Virus record (IMG/VR): IMGVR_UViG_3300044984_003074
Reading direction: 5' to 3' (one strand)
DNA length: 64,000 nucleotides
Origin: a virus
Taxonomy: Duplodnaviria; Heunggongvirae; Uroviricota; Caudoviricetes
A program made the translations under genes and the position numbers. This document shows positions 49,837 to 62,055 of this stretch, in pieces (within the stretch, counting starts at the first letter, position 1; each line of letters starts with the position of its first letter). The notes beneath the pieces are model-generated. The model made no database searches and had not been told where the DNA came from. It saw nothing but the letters and a program-made list of their open reading frames with translations.

Positions 49837-50268
49837 ATGGGTATGGAGTTATTAAATACACACCCGATTAAAAAATCGGATTTAGGATTTCATGGAAATT
49901 TGTTTGGTGGAAAACTACTCGCATGGATTGATGCCGCTGCTGCGGGGTATTCTATGCAATTATGTGATACACCAAGAATGGTTACAGTTTCAATAGATAA
50001 ATGTTATTTTGAAAAACCAGCTAAAGAAGGACAATTACTTAAAATATATGGTAGACCTTCTAAATTGGGTATCACCTCTGTAACATTATACATGGAGGCG
50101 AGAGCACATAATGTTTACACGAGTAATCAAGTAATTGTCTTAAAAACTAATATACGATTTGTTCGTATTGACGAAGAAGGAAATCCAATACCAATCAATG
50201 AAAAAGGTAGAAAAAAAATAGAATTATTAATTGAAGATTATTTGAAAACTAACGAAATACAAAATTAG
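49837..50268 (+). CDS. acyl-CoA thioesterase (hotdog fold)
   Basis: 143 aa; HGNLFGGKLLAWIDAAAA. Confidence 0.5.
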   Translation: MGMELLNTHPIKKSDLGFHGNLFGGKLLAWIDAAAAGYSMQLCDTPRMVTVSIDKCYFEKPAKEGQLLKIYGRPSKLGITSVTLYMEARAHNVYTSNQVIVLKTNIRFVRIDEEGNPIPINEKGRKKIELLIEDYLKTNEIQN

Positions 50269-50274
50269 GATAAG

Positions 50275-50676
50275 ATGAAAAAAAATACACGAATAGCGGT
50301 AATTGCTCACGACGGGAAAAAAGCGGATATGGTTGCCTTTATTATGAAGAGATTAGATTTCTTTAGAGAGGTTGATGTTATGGCGACAGGTACAACTGGA
50401 AAACATATTGAACACGCAGGACTTGATGTAAATTGTCTTAAATCAGGTCCTTTAGGTGGTGACGCACAAATTGCTTCGTTAATATCTGATGGTGAAATAG
50501 ACGCTGTTATATTTTTTATTGACCCACTAGGTCTTCATCCCCATCAGGTAGATGTGAATATGTTATTACGAATTTGTAATGTTTATAATATACCATTGGC
50601 AACAAATTATTCCACAGCGTCTTTATTAATAAGCGGACTAAAAAAAATTAAAACACATACAGATGACATACGATGA
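50275..50676 (+). CDS. mgsA: methylglyoxal synthase
   Basis: 133 aa; IAVIAHDGKK...ATGTTG...GPLGGDAQI...IFFIDPLGLHPHQVD. Confidence 0.65.
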   Translation: MKKNTRIAVIAHDGKKADMVAFIMKRLDFFREVDVMATGTTGKHIEHAGLDVNCLKSGPLGGDAQIASLISDGEIDAVIFFIDPLGLHPHQVDVNMLLRICNVYNIPLATNYSTASLLISGLKKIKTHTDDIR

Positions 50677-51244
50677 ATTAGAAATTTGGCAATCAGTCCA
50701 ATACAGAATGGATGAAGAAGGTTTTGACTACTGCTTTGAAAGTTATTCCAATTGGGATGAAATTGAAGATGAGGAATTTCACAGATTAAGATTAGGATTC
50801 TTACAATCTATGAAAGAACTTCGTGAATACATTGATAGTAAAGTTGAAGAAGGTGAAAATTTTGAATTAGATGGGGGGTTTGACGAAGAATAATGGGTGG
50901 ATTATATGAATTAATTGATTTGGGTATTGCTCAGGGATTGGGTGTCTCAGTAGAAACTTACATTGATATAATTGAAAAATGTACTGAAGAAGAAGCGGAA
51001 TTTATTATTAACACCATTTTTGATGAAGATGTTGAAAATTTAGATAAAGCAAAGGAAACATTTAACAAATATTTGAATGAGTAATCCACAAACCGACGAT
51101 GAATTGTGGGACTATTACAGTGGGTTACCAAATCCAATGTGGTATCAACATATTGAAGGAATAAAAGATGAGGAAGAAAATACAAGTGATAGTGATGATA
51201 CTGAAATTACTACTGAATAAAATAAAACGAAAAAGAAAAAGTAT

Positions 51245-52669
51245 TTGGGATTTATGAACAATATAGATAAAAAATATCAAGAGCTATTACAAGACATCTT
51301 GGATAATGGAACCCCTAAATCTGACCGTACTGGTACAGGAACAATCTCAGTATTCGGAAGACAAATCCGTCACAATATGAAAGATGGGTTTCCTTTACTC
51401 ACCACCAAAAAAATGCCGTGGAAAACAATCGTAACAGAATTACTTTGGTTCCTTAGAGGTGATACAAATATTAAGTATTTAATTGAAAATGGTTGTCATA
51501 TTTGGACAGGAGATGCTAAAAAAAGATATGATGAAAACTATTCAAAGTACTGGACTGCAGGAAACAATTCACCAAAGTTTGCTAATATTTCTACTAAAGA
51601 ATTTGAAAAACGAATTATAAATAGTGATGAGTTTGCTAACAAGTGGGGTGAATTAGGGCCAATTTATGGTAAGCAATGGAGAAATTGGGGTGGATGGACA
51701 GATACCAAACAAACGGGTTTTTTACACAAAACTGATAATGGTTGGACTATTAAGTGGAGTGATTTACATTCATTTGCTAATGGTACTGAGTGGTTAACAA
51801 CACCGATACAGGATTCTGACCAATCTCTTTACAGTGATGAAGATGAAGGTAAAAAAGTTTACTATAAAAACATAACACTTGGTTATAATGAATCTTTTTG
51901 CCCAGTTCAAGTTGCTAAAGTAATTGATGATAAATTTGACAAATATATTGGTGGGAAAGACCAAATCCAAAACCTAATCAACGACCTTAAAACAAATCCA
52001 GACTCAAGACGATTAATGGTTAATGCTTGGAATGTTGGAGAATTAGACCAAATGGTTCTTCCACCTTGTCATTATGGATTTCAAGTTTATACAAGAGAGT
52101 TGAGTTTAGAAGAAAGAAAAAAATTAGCTAATTATGATTCTGAATTTGTATCACCTATGACGGTTGAATCTTGGGATAGAAGTAACATCCCAACCAGAGC
52201 AATCTCGTTAATGTGGAATCAACGTTCAGTAGATACATTCTTAGGTTTACCATTCAACATTGCTTCATATGGTTTATTATTAGAAATAATTGCAAAAGAA
52301 GTTAATATGGTTCCTGAAGAGTTGATTGGAAATCTAGGAGATGTTCATTTATATTCAAATCATATTGAACAAGCAAAAGAACAGATTGGAAGAAAATACA
52401 CTCACGAAGAAAGAACAGAATTGTTAAAACAAGCGATGGGTGAAGAAAATTATAATAAAGCGGTTGATGAATTAATGCCGTTTGGTGGTGGATTAAGTGA
52501 ATATTATGATTCATATAAAATTCCTTATAAAACAAGAGAACCTTATCGATTACCAACATTAGTAATGGTTACTAACCCCGATTTAAAGTTTGATGAATAT
52601 GTTTATGATAATTTAAAACTTGTAAACTATCAATCACATCCAACAATTAAAGCACCTTTAAGCAATTAA
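51245..52669 (+). CDS. thyA: thymidylate synthase (ThyA) with large insertions
   Basis: 474 aa; SDRTGTGT, PLLTTKK, PPCHYGFQVY (catalytic Cys), NQRSVD, DVHLY; ~190 aa longer than canonical ThyA. Confidence 0.8.
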   Translation: MGFMNNIDKKYQELLQDILDNGTPKSDRTGTGTISVFGRQIRHNMKDGFPLLTTKKMPWKTIVTELLWFLRGDTNIKYLIENGCHIWTGDAKKRYDENYSKYWTAGNNSPKFANISTKEFEKRIINSDEFANKWGELGPIYGKQWRNWGGWTDTKQTGFLHKTDNGWTIKWSDLHSFANGTEWLTTPIQDSDQSLYSDEDEGKKVYYKNITLGYNESFCPVQVAKVIDDKFDKYIGGKDQIQNLINDLKTNPDSRRLMVNAWNVGELDQMVLPPCHYGFQVYTRELSLEERKKLANYDSEFVSPMTVESWDRSNIPTRAISLMWNQRSVDTFLGLPFNIASYGLLLEIIAKEVNMVPEELIGNLGDVHLYSNHIEQAKEQIGRKYTHEERTELLKQAMGEENYNKAVDELMPFGGGLSEYYDSYKIPYKTREPYRLPTLVMVTNPDLKFDEYVYDNLKLVNYQSHPTIKAPLSN

Positions 52670-53492
52670 AAATGTTAATTCATATTCAGACACGGGAATT
52701 GGAAAAAGAGTTTATAAATCCGGTTAAAAATGGGTTTGTGTCTCATCCGGCGATTGATTACCAAACAAATGCCATCCACGCACAATACGAAGGAAAAGAT
52801 GTAATAATCTTTAACTTCAAAAAGTATGGATGGTTAAACGATAACAGATTTAACACCTACAACCTATCATTAGGACCAGCAGGTATAACAATTGAAATAT
52901 TATTATGACTATAACACAAATAACGACACCTACTTTTGAATATGACGGTGAAAAATATAGTGTATTTATCCGAAGGTTTATAGATTTTAATGATTTTCAA
53001 AATTACTTGGAAAGAAAGGAAAAATTAGGTAAAACAAAATTATTCATTCATTCCATATTTACATTACCTGAACAAACAGAAATTTGGATTAAATATCAAA
53101 TACTATTATGATAGTTAACGAAAAGGTGGATGATAAAGGTAGAGTTGTTGAAAAGAAAATAACAGGTTCTTACTATAATTCCATTTGGAGTTATATCTAT
53201 GACGATAAAAATCAAACCGTAACCCAAAAAAGAAGTGACTCACCTTTTTATAAAATTATTACGGATTTAATAAGTAAAACAAGTAAAATCGTTTGGAACG
53301 ATGGTAAAGAAGAACAAATAATATGAAAACAGAAAAAGAAATAAGAGAGAAGTACGAAGAAATGTTGAAACATACCGAAGATTTAGATGATATGGTCAAA
53401 AATCCAAATACCTACAGTGGTATCACTGTTGAAAATATTCAAAATCATATCAGAATAAGAGAAGAACAATATCAAATGAATGCGTTAATTAA

Positions 53493-54038
53493 TTGGATAT
53501 TAAATTAGATATGAAAAGTCCATTAACCGGAAAAGAAATGAAACTAATGTCGGAACCATCCACATTAAATTACAGAGGAAAACAATACAATGTGAATCAT
53601 CACTTCTACCTATGTGAATTATCAAACGAACAATTCACGACAACAGAATTAGATGAACAAAATTTACAAGAACTTAACAAACAAGTTAAACTTGAGTTTA
53701 GTGATATTAGACCATGGGGATTTTACGAAATCTTATTAGACACCGATTATACTAAGGTAAAACAAATTACGGTAAATCCAGGTCAAAAATTATCATACCA
53801 ATATCATGAAAAAAGAAAAGAATATTGGACAATCGTTAAAGGTTCTGCAACAATAATTTTGAATGATGAAAAAGTGTTTAGAAATCAAGGAGAATCAATT
53901 CACATTCCTTTAGGTTCAAAACATAGAATAATTAACGAAAGTGATGAAATATTAATTTTTATCGAAGTTCAAACAGGAGAATCTTTTGACGAAGAAGATA
54001 TTATAAGACTTGAAGATGATTATGGTAGACAGGATTAA
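53493..54038 (+). CDS. cupin-domain protein, mannose-6-phosphate isomerase type II C-terminal-like, with N-terminal Cys/His cluster
   Basis: 181 aa; RPWGFYEIL...NPGQKLSYQYHEKRKEYWTIVKG...IPLGSKHRIIN...IEVQTG. Confidence 0.5.
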   Translation: MDIKLDMKSPLTGKEMKLMSEPSTLNYRGKQYNVNHHFYLCELSNEQFTTTELDEQNLQELNKQVKLEFSDIRPWGFYEILLDTDYTKVKQITVNPGQKLSYQYHEKRKEYWTIVKGSATIILNDEKVFRNQGESIHIPLGSKHRIINESDEILIFIEVQTGESFDEEDIIRLEDDYGRQD

Positions 54039-56025
54039 TGAAATGTCATGTATAATTGAACTATTTTTGTTGCCAATTTACCAATAGTTCTATTAACTTT
54101 ATCTAATTCAATCTCCATACCTTGAGATTCCATCCATTTAATGGTTCCCTGAACCATTTTATCTTTAGCCTCTTCAGCATTATTGAGAACATCTTGGAAG
54201 TCTTCATTGTCTTCCAAGTTTTCTCCGTAATATCGGTCAATCCATTGTTTACCTGAGTATAAAAATGGCCCTGATTGAAACATGTTAACGGGGCTCGCCT
54301 TTCTTACTTTATAAAGATAATCTCTTAAAAATTTCCAATCAAAATTTTCAAAAATTTCTGGATTATCCGCAAAAAAGTTATATTCGTTTGATAATGTATT
54401 CGTTTTAGCCTCCTCAATTTGTTTTTTTGATAATTTCCAAGCGTCCGTTACACTAACCAATGATAATCTACTATCATTATCCCAATCAACACTAATAATT
54501 AAATCATCCTCATTCGGTTCAAATGGGTCTTTTTGAACTTTAGTTACAGTTCCTTCAGTACCAGGAGGTACTCCAGTTTCTCCGTCCATATGGTAACAAA
54601 TCACTCTATCACCTACTTTTAATTTTGGATTTAATTCACTCTTCATAACAATAAATATAAGCAGTATATTTATTGTTATATGGATTTTTTAATTAACGAA
54701 TCTCAACTGAGAACAATTTTAACGGAACAAGATAAATCTAAGATGACAGATTATATGAAAGTACTATATTCTTTCACAAATAATCTTGTTGGTAGAGTAC
54801 TAAAAGTTTATGGGTTTAACTTAAAAATGTTATTAACTTGGGGTACCTCTGTTGGAGGTATGGTTATGCCATTAGACAACTTTATCAAAACAGGAAATTT
54901 TGATTTAACCGATGACCAACGATATTTAATTTTAGCGGGAGTCGCTTTCATTATATTTTTTGAAAGTAAAAAAGGACTTGTAAACATTTTAGAACAAATT
55001 AAAGAAGAGGGTCTTGAAGACACTTTTAGAATCGTTTTAGAAAAAGCTAAAGATTTAAAATCTTCATTTAAAGGATTTCTTAATTCGTTAAAAGTTACAT
55101 CAAGTAGTTTCATGGAAACCGTTGCTTATAGTTTCTTAATACCAATTATTTTAGATATCCAAACTATTGCTTATAACACCTCTGACCCAAAAGAGGCTGG
55201 AATACATATTGCAGAAAGACTTATTGCTTCAGGAGTTGTTGTTATTGGGTCACAAGTATTATCTCAAGTACTTAGAAAAATAATAGAAAGACTTAGGTAA
55301 ACATTTCATCATTAATATCAAAATGATTGGCTGTTGGGTGAACGTCTAAACCATCTATTGATTTAACATACCACAAGGGTTGTACGTATAAGTCATCAAT
55401 TTTTAATAAATTAATTTCATCTCGTAATGTACTATAAAGAATATTTTCTACCTCATCTTTAAATCTATCCGAATCATACATCATATCACTAACAACGCCC
55501 GCCAACTCATCTATCATGTCTAAATTAGGTGATACTGTTTTACCGTTTATTTTAAAATTTGATAATTTAAGGTAAAAATAAAAAGTAATATAATCCCCAT
55601 CAAAATTACTAAAATAACCATCAGATGGTTCCCAATGTATGTTAAATTTTAACCAATTTGTTTTATTTGTAATAAGTTCCGCAGTTTGAATTCGTTGTTG
55701 AATTTTTTTTAATACTTTTTGTTCCTTCTCAGGACTAATATAAACACCACCTTTAACAGGTTGTTTACCATTAACCAGTATGTGAGCATTTATTGATATT
55801 GTAGCATCAAGATACTTTGATATGTTATCAATAATATCATCTATATGACTTTCAAAAACTGGTATTGCATATGATTGATTTTTTTTAGGTAAAATAACAT
55901 TTATAGTGACATCATATATGGGTATAAACCCTGTCTCATCAAGTTTAATTTTAATAAAATGATATTCACATCCATCCTCTAAAAAAGGGTGGGACATTAA
56001 CATTTTTTTAAGAACATTAGATAAA

Positions 56026-57006
56026 TCAGACATTATTTAAAATTTTTGCAATGACTTTTTCTTTTTGAGTCGGATTCAATCTATGTTTATGAGGATTTTT
56101 TTCAAACCAATTCCTAACCAATGTTTCAAAATCTAATTTTGTTGTTTTAGATTTTCTATTAAATCCTGCTCTTTGTGCTTCTAACTCATGTTGTTGCGTG
56201 TAATAAATTTCAGGGTCTTCAGTTTCTTCCTCTGGTGTTTCAAACCCTTCATCATGTTGTTTAACATGTTCCAATTCATGACGAATAACCTCATTTAATT
56301 CGTGGCTTAATTCCTCTAAAATAGAATATCCCGCATTTGGATTTGAAATGATGGTAACAATCACATCATCATCGTCATATCGTAATTCAGCGTCTACATC
56401 TACAGTATCCACATCATCACTCAATTCTAAATTCAATTTAATAACAAATCCTTCAATTCCAGGGTAAGTATAAACCATCTCATCCCCATTAATATCTTCA
56501 GGTAAAGTGAACTCACCTTCTCTTTGATACTTGAAAAAATTTATAATGTCTTTTACCAATACTCTGGTTAATTTATCTAATTTTCCTTCAACAAGTATTG
56601 ATTCGTTCAATTTGTCCTCAGCAACTTCATTTATCACTCTAGTGCATATCGCCTTTTTTTCCACACCAAAATATTGTAAGAAATCAGTTAACTTCTCGTT
56701 CATTATCCATCTAATGTTTGCATATTGTTGGCTAGTGGTATTAATTGAAACTTTTTTACCATAGATATCACCATACAATTTACTCCACCTGTCTGAGGTT
56801 TCATTTGTAGGTAGGATATAGATAGTATATTCAACATGTGGTTTCTTATCGCCCACATGATAATAATCTTTCACACCTGTTAATTTTACTTTAACATTTG
56901 TTGGCACAGAATAGTCCTCATCATGTGTAGGTTGTAAATAAACCTCAAATGTATGGTTGGCAAAAAATTCGTTAATTCTTTCTATTGGAAAATCTATAAA
57001 ATTCAT
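56026..57006 (-). CDS. hypothetical protein with HELEH (HExxH) motif
   Basis: 326 aa. Confidence 0.25.
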   Translation of the reverse strand: MNFIDFPIERINEFFANHTFEVYLQPTHDEDYSVPTNVKVKLTGVKDYYHVGDKKPHVEYTIYILPTNETSDRWSKLYGDIYGKKVSINTTSQQYANIRWIMNEKLTDFLQYFGVEKKAICTRVINEVAEDKLNESILVEGKLDKLTRVLVKDIINFFKYQREGEFTLPEDINGDEMVYTYPGIEGFVIKLNLELSDDVDTVDVDAELRYDDDDVIVTIISNPNAGYSILEELSHELNEVIRHELEHVKQHDEGFETPEEETEDPEIYYTQQHELEAQRAGFNRKSKTTKLDFETLVRNWFEKNPHKHRLNPTQKEKVIAKILNNV

Positions 57007-57489
57007 TACCTATAAATACTACCGAATTGGGATTGATAACCCCACACCATAATTAATTCCATTCATATAGTTTACACCTAATGTAAAATCAGGTCCTTCT
57101 TTAACATCTAAGATGATTCTAAGTGGATAAATTTTAACCCAAACATCAGGTTTGAACTTAACTTCATCTAAGTAATTTTCAAGGAATACTCCACCCATGA
57201 CAGATACCTTATGATTGGTAAGACTTATACCAGCTCGGTTCATTCTTGATTGAGGAGTTGTGTAGATATATGGTTGTGGAAACGATGTGGTGATGTATCC
57301 ACCAACATAAAAACCAAGACCATTGTAATTATTATTGTATGTTACGACGGCACTTTTGTCGTTTGGCACATACATCACATCAGAGGTTTGTCCATTCACT
57401 AATGAACAAATAAAAAATAAAATAAGGGTAAGTGTTGTTTTCATAGTACAAATATATTACTTTTGTATCAGAATAACAAAAAAAATATT

Positions 57490-57577
57490 GGAAAGATGGC
57501 AGAGTTGGCCGATTGCGTCAGTCTTGAAAACTGAAGACCTCGTAAGGGGTCCGTGGGTTCGAATCCTACTCTTTCCG
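57490..57577 (+). tRNA. tRNA-Ser (anticodon UGA), type II, plus strand, isolated from main array
   Basis: GGAAAGATGGCAGAGTTGGCCGATTGCG, loop CTTGAAA, long variable arm, T-arm GTGGGTTCGAATCCTAC. Confidence 0.75.
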
Positions 57578-57730
57578 CAAAATCAATAGTGCTGTACGCG
57601 ACAGAGACAAAAGACAGGAGTGAAAGAGCTGTCCCTATTGATTTAAAACAAAAATACCTCATAGAAATATGGGGTATTTTTTTTGACTAATAATTTTATT
57701 TAAATTATATTTTTAAAAAAATTAAAACCT

Positions 57731-58753
57731 ATGTCTAGAATAGATGAATTAAAAAAACAGTTTCCTGAATTAAACATTACTATGTTTGATTTGTTCAAAA
57801 GGATTGACACTTCAAACACTTACAAATATTTCCCAATTTTATGTAAAATTTTAGGGGTAAGATTTAATATAAAACATAATTACGGAACTAACAGACAAAG
57901 ACTTGATGAAGCAAAATTAGATTTACATTCAAGTTTATTGGATAGGGGTATTTCTACGGATAATCTTACCGATAACGAATTATTTGCACTTTACAATCTT
58001 ACGGATTATCTTGTTACTGACCATCTTACAACAATAAAAGATTTTATCAGATACATGGATAAAAATCTAATTGAAAATAAAGATGTTACTTCTTATTCAA
58101 CAATAGATGATTTAAGAGCTGGGATAACATTAGCATCAATGAAAGAATTTAATAAAGACCTTGAAGGTCAAGTAATTAAAGAGTTTGAAGATGAAAAATG
58201 GTTAGTAGTTAGACCATTAACTTTTCAAGCGTCTTCCAAATATGGTGCAACAACCAGATGGTGTACAACATATAAAAGAGACAAACATTATTTTAAAAAA
58301 TATTGGGAAAAAGGTATTTTAGTTTATTTCATTAATAAACAAAGTGGGTATAAATTTGCCGGATATAAAGGATTAAAGAACGATGATGATTTTAGTTTTT
58401 GGAATTCTGAAGATAGTAGAGTTGATTATTTAAATGTTGAGGCTGACGATTATTTATATTCTATTGTTAAACAAATATTTAAATCTGACAAAACAAATAA
58501 AGATTTATGTAGTGAAGAAGTATCAAACCAAGTTATCAAAGAATGTAATGATGATGTTAAACGTTTGTACTCGGAACCTCAGGTTGAAGAAATAGAAGTT
58601 AATGCTCCACGATACATGGGTGAAGCTATGATGGGTATGGACGAACAAATACGAGAAGAAATTGACCGTGATGTTGTAAGACAATTAAGGGAGGTTGCAA
58701 GAGAACATTATCCAGAGGATTCAATCTCAGAATTAATACCAATGAGAGCGTAA
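57731..58753 (+). CDS. hypothetical protein
   Basis: 340 aa; followed by strong terminator 58759-58790. Confidence 0.3.
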   Translation: MSRIDELKKQFPELNITMFDLFKRIDTSNTYKYFPILCKILGVRFNIKHNYGTNRQRLDEAKLDLHSSLLDRGISTDNLTDNELFALYNLTDYLVTDHLTTIKDFIRYMDKNLIENKDVTSYSTIDDLRAGITLASMKEFNKDLEGQVIKEFEDEKWLVVRPLTFQASSKYGATTRWCTTYKRDKHYFKKYWEKGILVYFINKQSGYKFAGYKGLKNDDDFSFWNSEDSRVDYLNVEADDYLYSIVKQIFKSDKTNKDLCSEEVSNQVIKECNDDVKRLYSEPQVEEIEVNAPRYMGEAMMGMDEQIREEIDRDVVRQLREVAREHYPEDSISELIPMRA

Positions 58754-59800
58754 AATAAAAAACCCACTATAAAGTGGGTTTTTTATTTTTATAAAGGTCT
58801 TTGGTTCCAATAAATGTGTAAACTGTTATCAAGACCTAACATTTTAAAAAAATTTTTAATATCTGTGTTGATTTTATAAGTATAACTACCTTTTGTCCAA
58901 TCAGGGTCCATATCTAAGAAAAAATTTATTCTATTAGGATTTGCAATTCCATAAGTTATTTTATGAACACTAAGTTTGATTGGCTCATCGTCTTCACCAA
59001 CTAATTCGTTGTTAATTTCAGGTGTTAAGACATCGTCAAGATAAACTTGCAAATATTTTTCAATTTTATCTATTTCCATTATTAAGAATTTGAAGAAGAT
59101 AATCCCAATTGTTTAGCGTAACGACCAACATTACAAGACCAATATCCTGCAGTTGTTTTATCTGTTTTTTGAGAACATTTATTAAGAGTTCTAAATGATT
59201 TTGTGTCTTTTTTGTTTGTGGTTTTATTTTTTAAGTTAGAGTCTCCAAATGTTACTTTTTTAACACCATCTGTTTTACTTTTAACATAAACCGCAAATTT
59301 CTTAGGACCACCTGGTGTTCTATGTGGTTTATTTAATTCAACATTTTTACCGTGAAGTTTTGCTTCTCTTAAAATATCTTCTTCCGTTTCTGTTTCATAA
59401 ATGTATGGGGCATCAAGGTAAATAAGTCTTTTACCTATTTTAACTTTTTTACCTAAATCAGACTCAACCATTAAAGTATCATCTTCATTTAAGTCAATTT
59501 TACCTTCATTCCAAAGTTCTCTAACTTCATTAACCAAATTAAAATATGATTCAGAATAAACTCTAAATACATTATTAGTTAATGTCATGTTATTATCAAT
59601 ATGATATTTTAACTCATCAGACACTTCAACATTTTCTTTCAAAATCAAAGATTTGTCAAAATGTGACTCTAAAGACTCTTTTATTAATTCTCGTAAACTA
59701 TCCATTTTATATTTGATTGGTATTTTAATTGTGTATTTATAATAAATAGTCAATAACTATAAGTTTATAAACTATTTATTGGTTATAAACCCAAATTACT

Positions 59801-60622
59801 ATGTTATTAAAAATTAACTCAAAAGGAGAAGAAGTAAAAAAACTTCAATCAAAATTAGGAACAACACCTGATGGTACTTTCGGCCCTGGAACTGAAAAAT
59901 TGGTTAAAGAATGGCAAACCAAAAATGGTTTAACCCCTGACGGAATTGTCGGTGACGGAACTTGGAACAAAATGTTTCCTGTCAAAATAATTAAAGAAGA
60001 TGTTGTCATTCCAAAAGATAGTCCATTCAATTTAGAAAAATTAAAAGGTCATATTCCTGAATCAGTAATTGCTCAGATTCCTGAAACTGCGGTAAAATTC
60101 AATATCACTAGCCCATTAAGATTGGCTCACTTTTTGGCCCAATGTGGTCATGAATCGGGAGGTTTTAAAGCGGTATCAGAAAATGTTAACTATTCTGTTG
60201 ATGGTCTTAAAAAGATATTTCCAAAATACTTTCCTGGTAACTTAGCAGAATCTTACGCAAGAAACCCTGAAAAAATTGCATCAAAAGTGTATGGTGGAAG
60301 AATGGGTAATGGAGACGAATCAACAAAAGAGGGATTTAAATTTCGTGGAAGAGGATATATCCAATTAACTGGTAAAGACAACTATAAAAACTTTGCGAAG
60401 TTCATTGGTGAGGACACTGTGTCAAATCCTGATTTAGTTGCTACCAAATATCCGTTAGCGTCTGCAGCATTTTTCTTTGATTCAAATAAATTATGGTCTA
60501 TTTGTGATAAAGGGGCTGACGCCATTACTGTAACTGCCGTTACGAAAAGAGTTAATGGTGGAATTATTGGACTTGTAGATAGAATAAAACATTTCAAGGA
60601 ATATTATAATTTATTAAAATAA
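59801..60622 (+). CDS. endolysin: N-terminal peptidoglycan-binding domain + GH19 lysozyme/chitinase-like catalytic domain
   Basis: 273 aa; LQSKLGTTPDGTFGPGTEKLVKEWQ; AHFLAQCGHESGGF GH19 signature. Confidence 0.7.
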   Translation: MLLKINSKGEEVKKLQSKLGTTPDGTFGPGTEKLVKEWQTKNGLTPDGIVGDGTWNKMFPVKIIKEDVVIPKDSPFNLEKLKGHIPESVIAQIPETAVKFNITSPLRLAHFLAQCGHESGGFKAVSENVNYSVDGLKKIFPKYFPGNLAESYARNPEKIASKVYGGRMGNGDESTKEGFKFRGRGYIQLTGKDNYKNFAKFIGEDTVSNPDLVATKYPLASAAFFFDSNKLWSICDKGADAITVTAVTKRVNGGIIGLVDRIKHFKEYYNLLK

Positions 60623-60623
60623 T

Positions 60624-61031
60624 TTGGAACCTTTAATTTTTAATAGCGAATTTTTACCTGACGTACAAATCGCAGTTGTTCTATCAGAGCATCCTCAATA
60701 CGAAGACCTTAAACCAATTTTTGATGAATATGGTTATGGTTTTATGGTGCCTGGTAAAAATCTAATAATTATAGATGGAGAACAATTCATTAATAACTTT
60801 AATGCTGATGTTCTTAAGTTTATAGAAGCCCATGAAGTATCTCATATTATTTTAGGACATGATGGACCAAGAAACGACAATGAAGAAATGGACGCCGATT
60901 TAGGTGCATATTTATTACTTAAGAAAATAGATAGATTAGGTTCTATTAAAACTCTTTTAAAACATTTTAAAGAGCGTCATGGTGTTGAATTTGATGAAAA
61001 ATTATTGGATAGAGTAAAAAATTCATTCTAA
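60624..61031 (+). CDS. ImmA/IrrE (DUF955)-like HExxH metallopeptidase
   Basis: 135 aa; EAHEVSHIILGHDG. Confidence 0.4.
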   Translation: MEPLIFNSEFLPDVQIAVVLSEHPQYEDLKPIFDEYGYGFMVPGKNLIIIDGEQFINNFNADVLKFIEAHEVSHIILGHDGPRNDNEEMDADLGAYLLLKKIDRLGSIKTLLKHFKERHGVEFDEKLLDRVKNSF

Positions 61032-62055
61032 CGCTAGTTAAAAGTGGACTTTTTTAAATAATTTTCATATTTATTTGTTACACATCGCTCCACAAGGAGT
61101 GTTCTCATATATCTTTCCAAAAGACCCGTGAATTTAGTTTGACGGGTCTTATTTTTTTACTATCTTTGTAAAAAATAATTATGGAACCAGAAAAAGATAT
61201 ATTTGACCAATGGGCTGAGAAGCGTGAAAAAGAATCTTGGATTATAAGAAAATTAAAATTTATTCCATCGTGGTGGAATCACGATGGTAGATATTACCAC
61301 AAATACATTAAGGAAGGAGTAAAAAACCTAATTTATTGGATTCCAATCATATGGAAAGACCGAAATTGGGATAGTCATTACATCTTTGATATAATGAAAC
61401 ACAAATTATCCGCTCAAGCCGATTATATTGGTCGTAGAGATTTACACACTCGTGCTCAACAAGATGCTCGTAGAATGAGACTTTGTGTAAAATTAATGGG
61501 ATTGGTTCAAGAAGAGTTTTATTCCTCAGAATACTCCGATTTTCATAAAACTAAACATTGGTTTGAACCGGTTCCGGGTGACGAAAGATTATCATCTTGG
61601 GAGTCACGATTATTAGAAGAAAATTTTGATGATTACTTCAAAAAATACCCACTTATTTACAAAAGAGTAATCAATGGTGAGGGTGTTTTTGGTAGAGAAG
61701 GTCGTAAAGACGATAAACAAATCATTGCAATGAATATTGGACACATAAATCACGATAGAGCAAGAAAATTGTTATTCAATATTATGAGTGACAATATTGA
61801 GGGTTGGTGGGATTAAATTAAAAAAAAATAAGTTATGATAGGAGTTTATGTAATTATGTTTTTTGTTGTTTTAGGTATCTCAGCCCTTTGGGTTAAAGGT
61901 ATCACCGATATGCACGAAAAACATCCCGATTATAGAGGTGAAGATTTATTTGGGGACGGATTTAATTTTGATGACAAAAAAGAAGACGAAGAAGATAGAA
62001 AAGATTATGACGAAGATTAAACTATTTTTACTATCTTTGTAAAAAAATAGAAATT

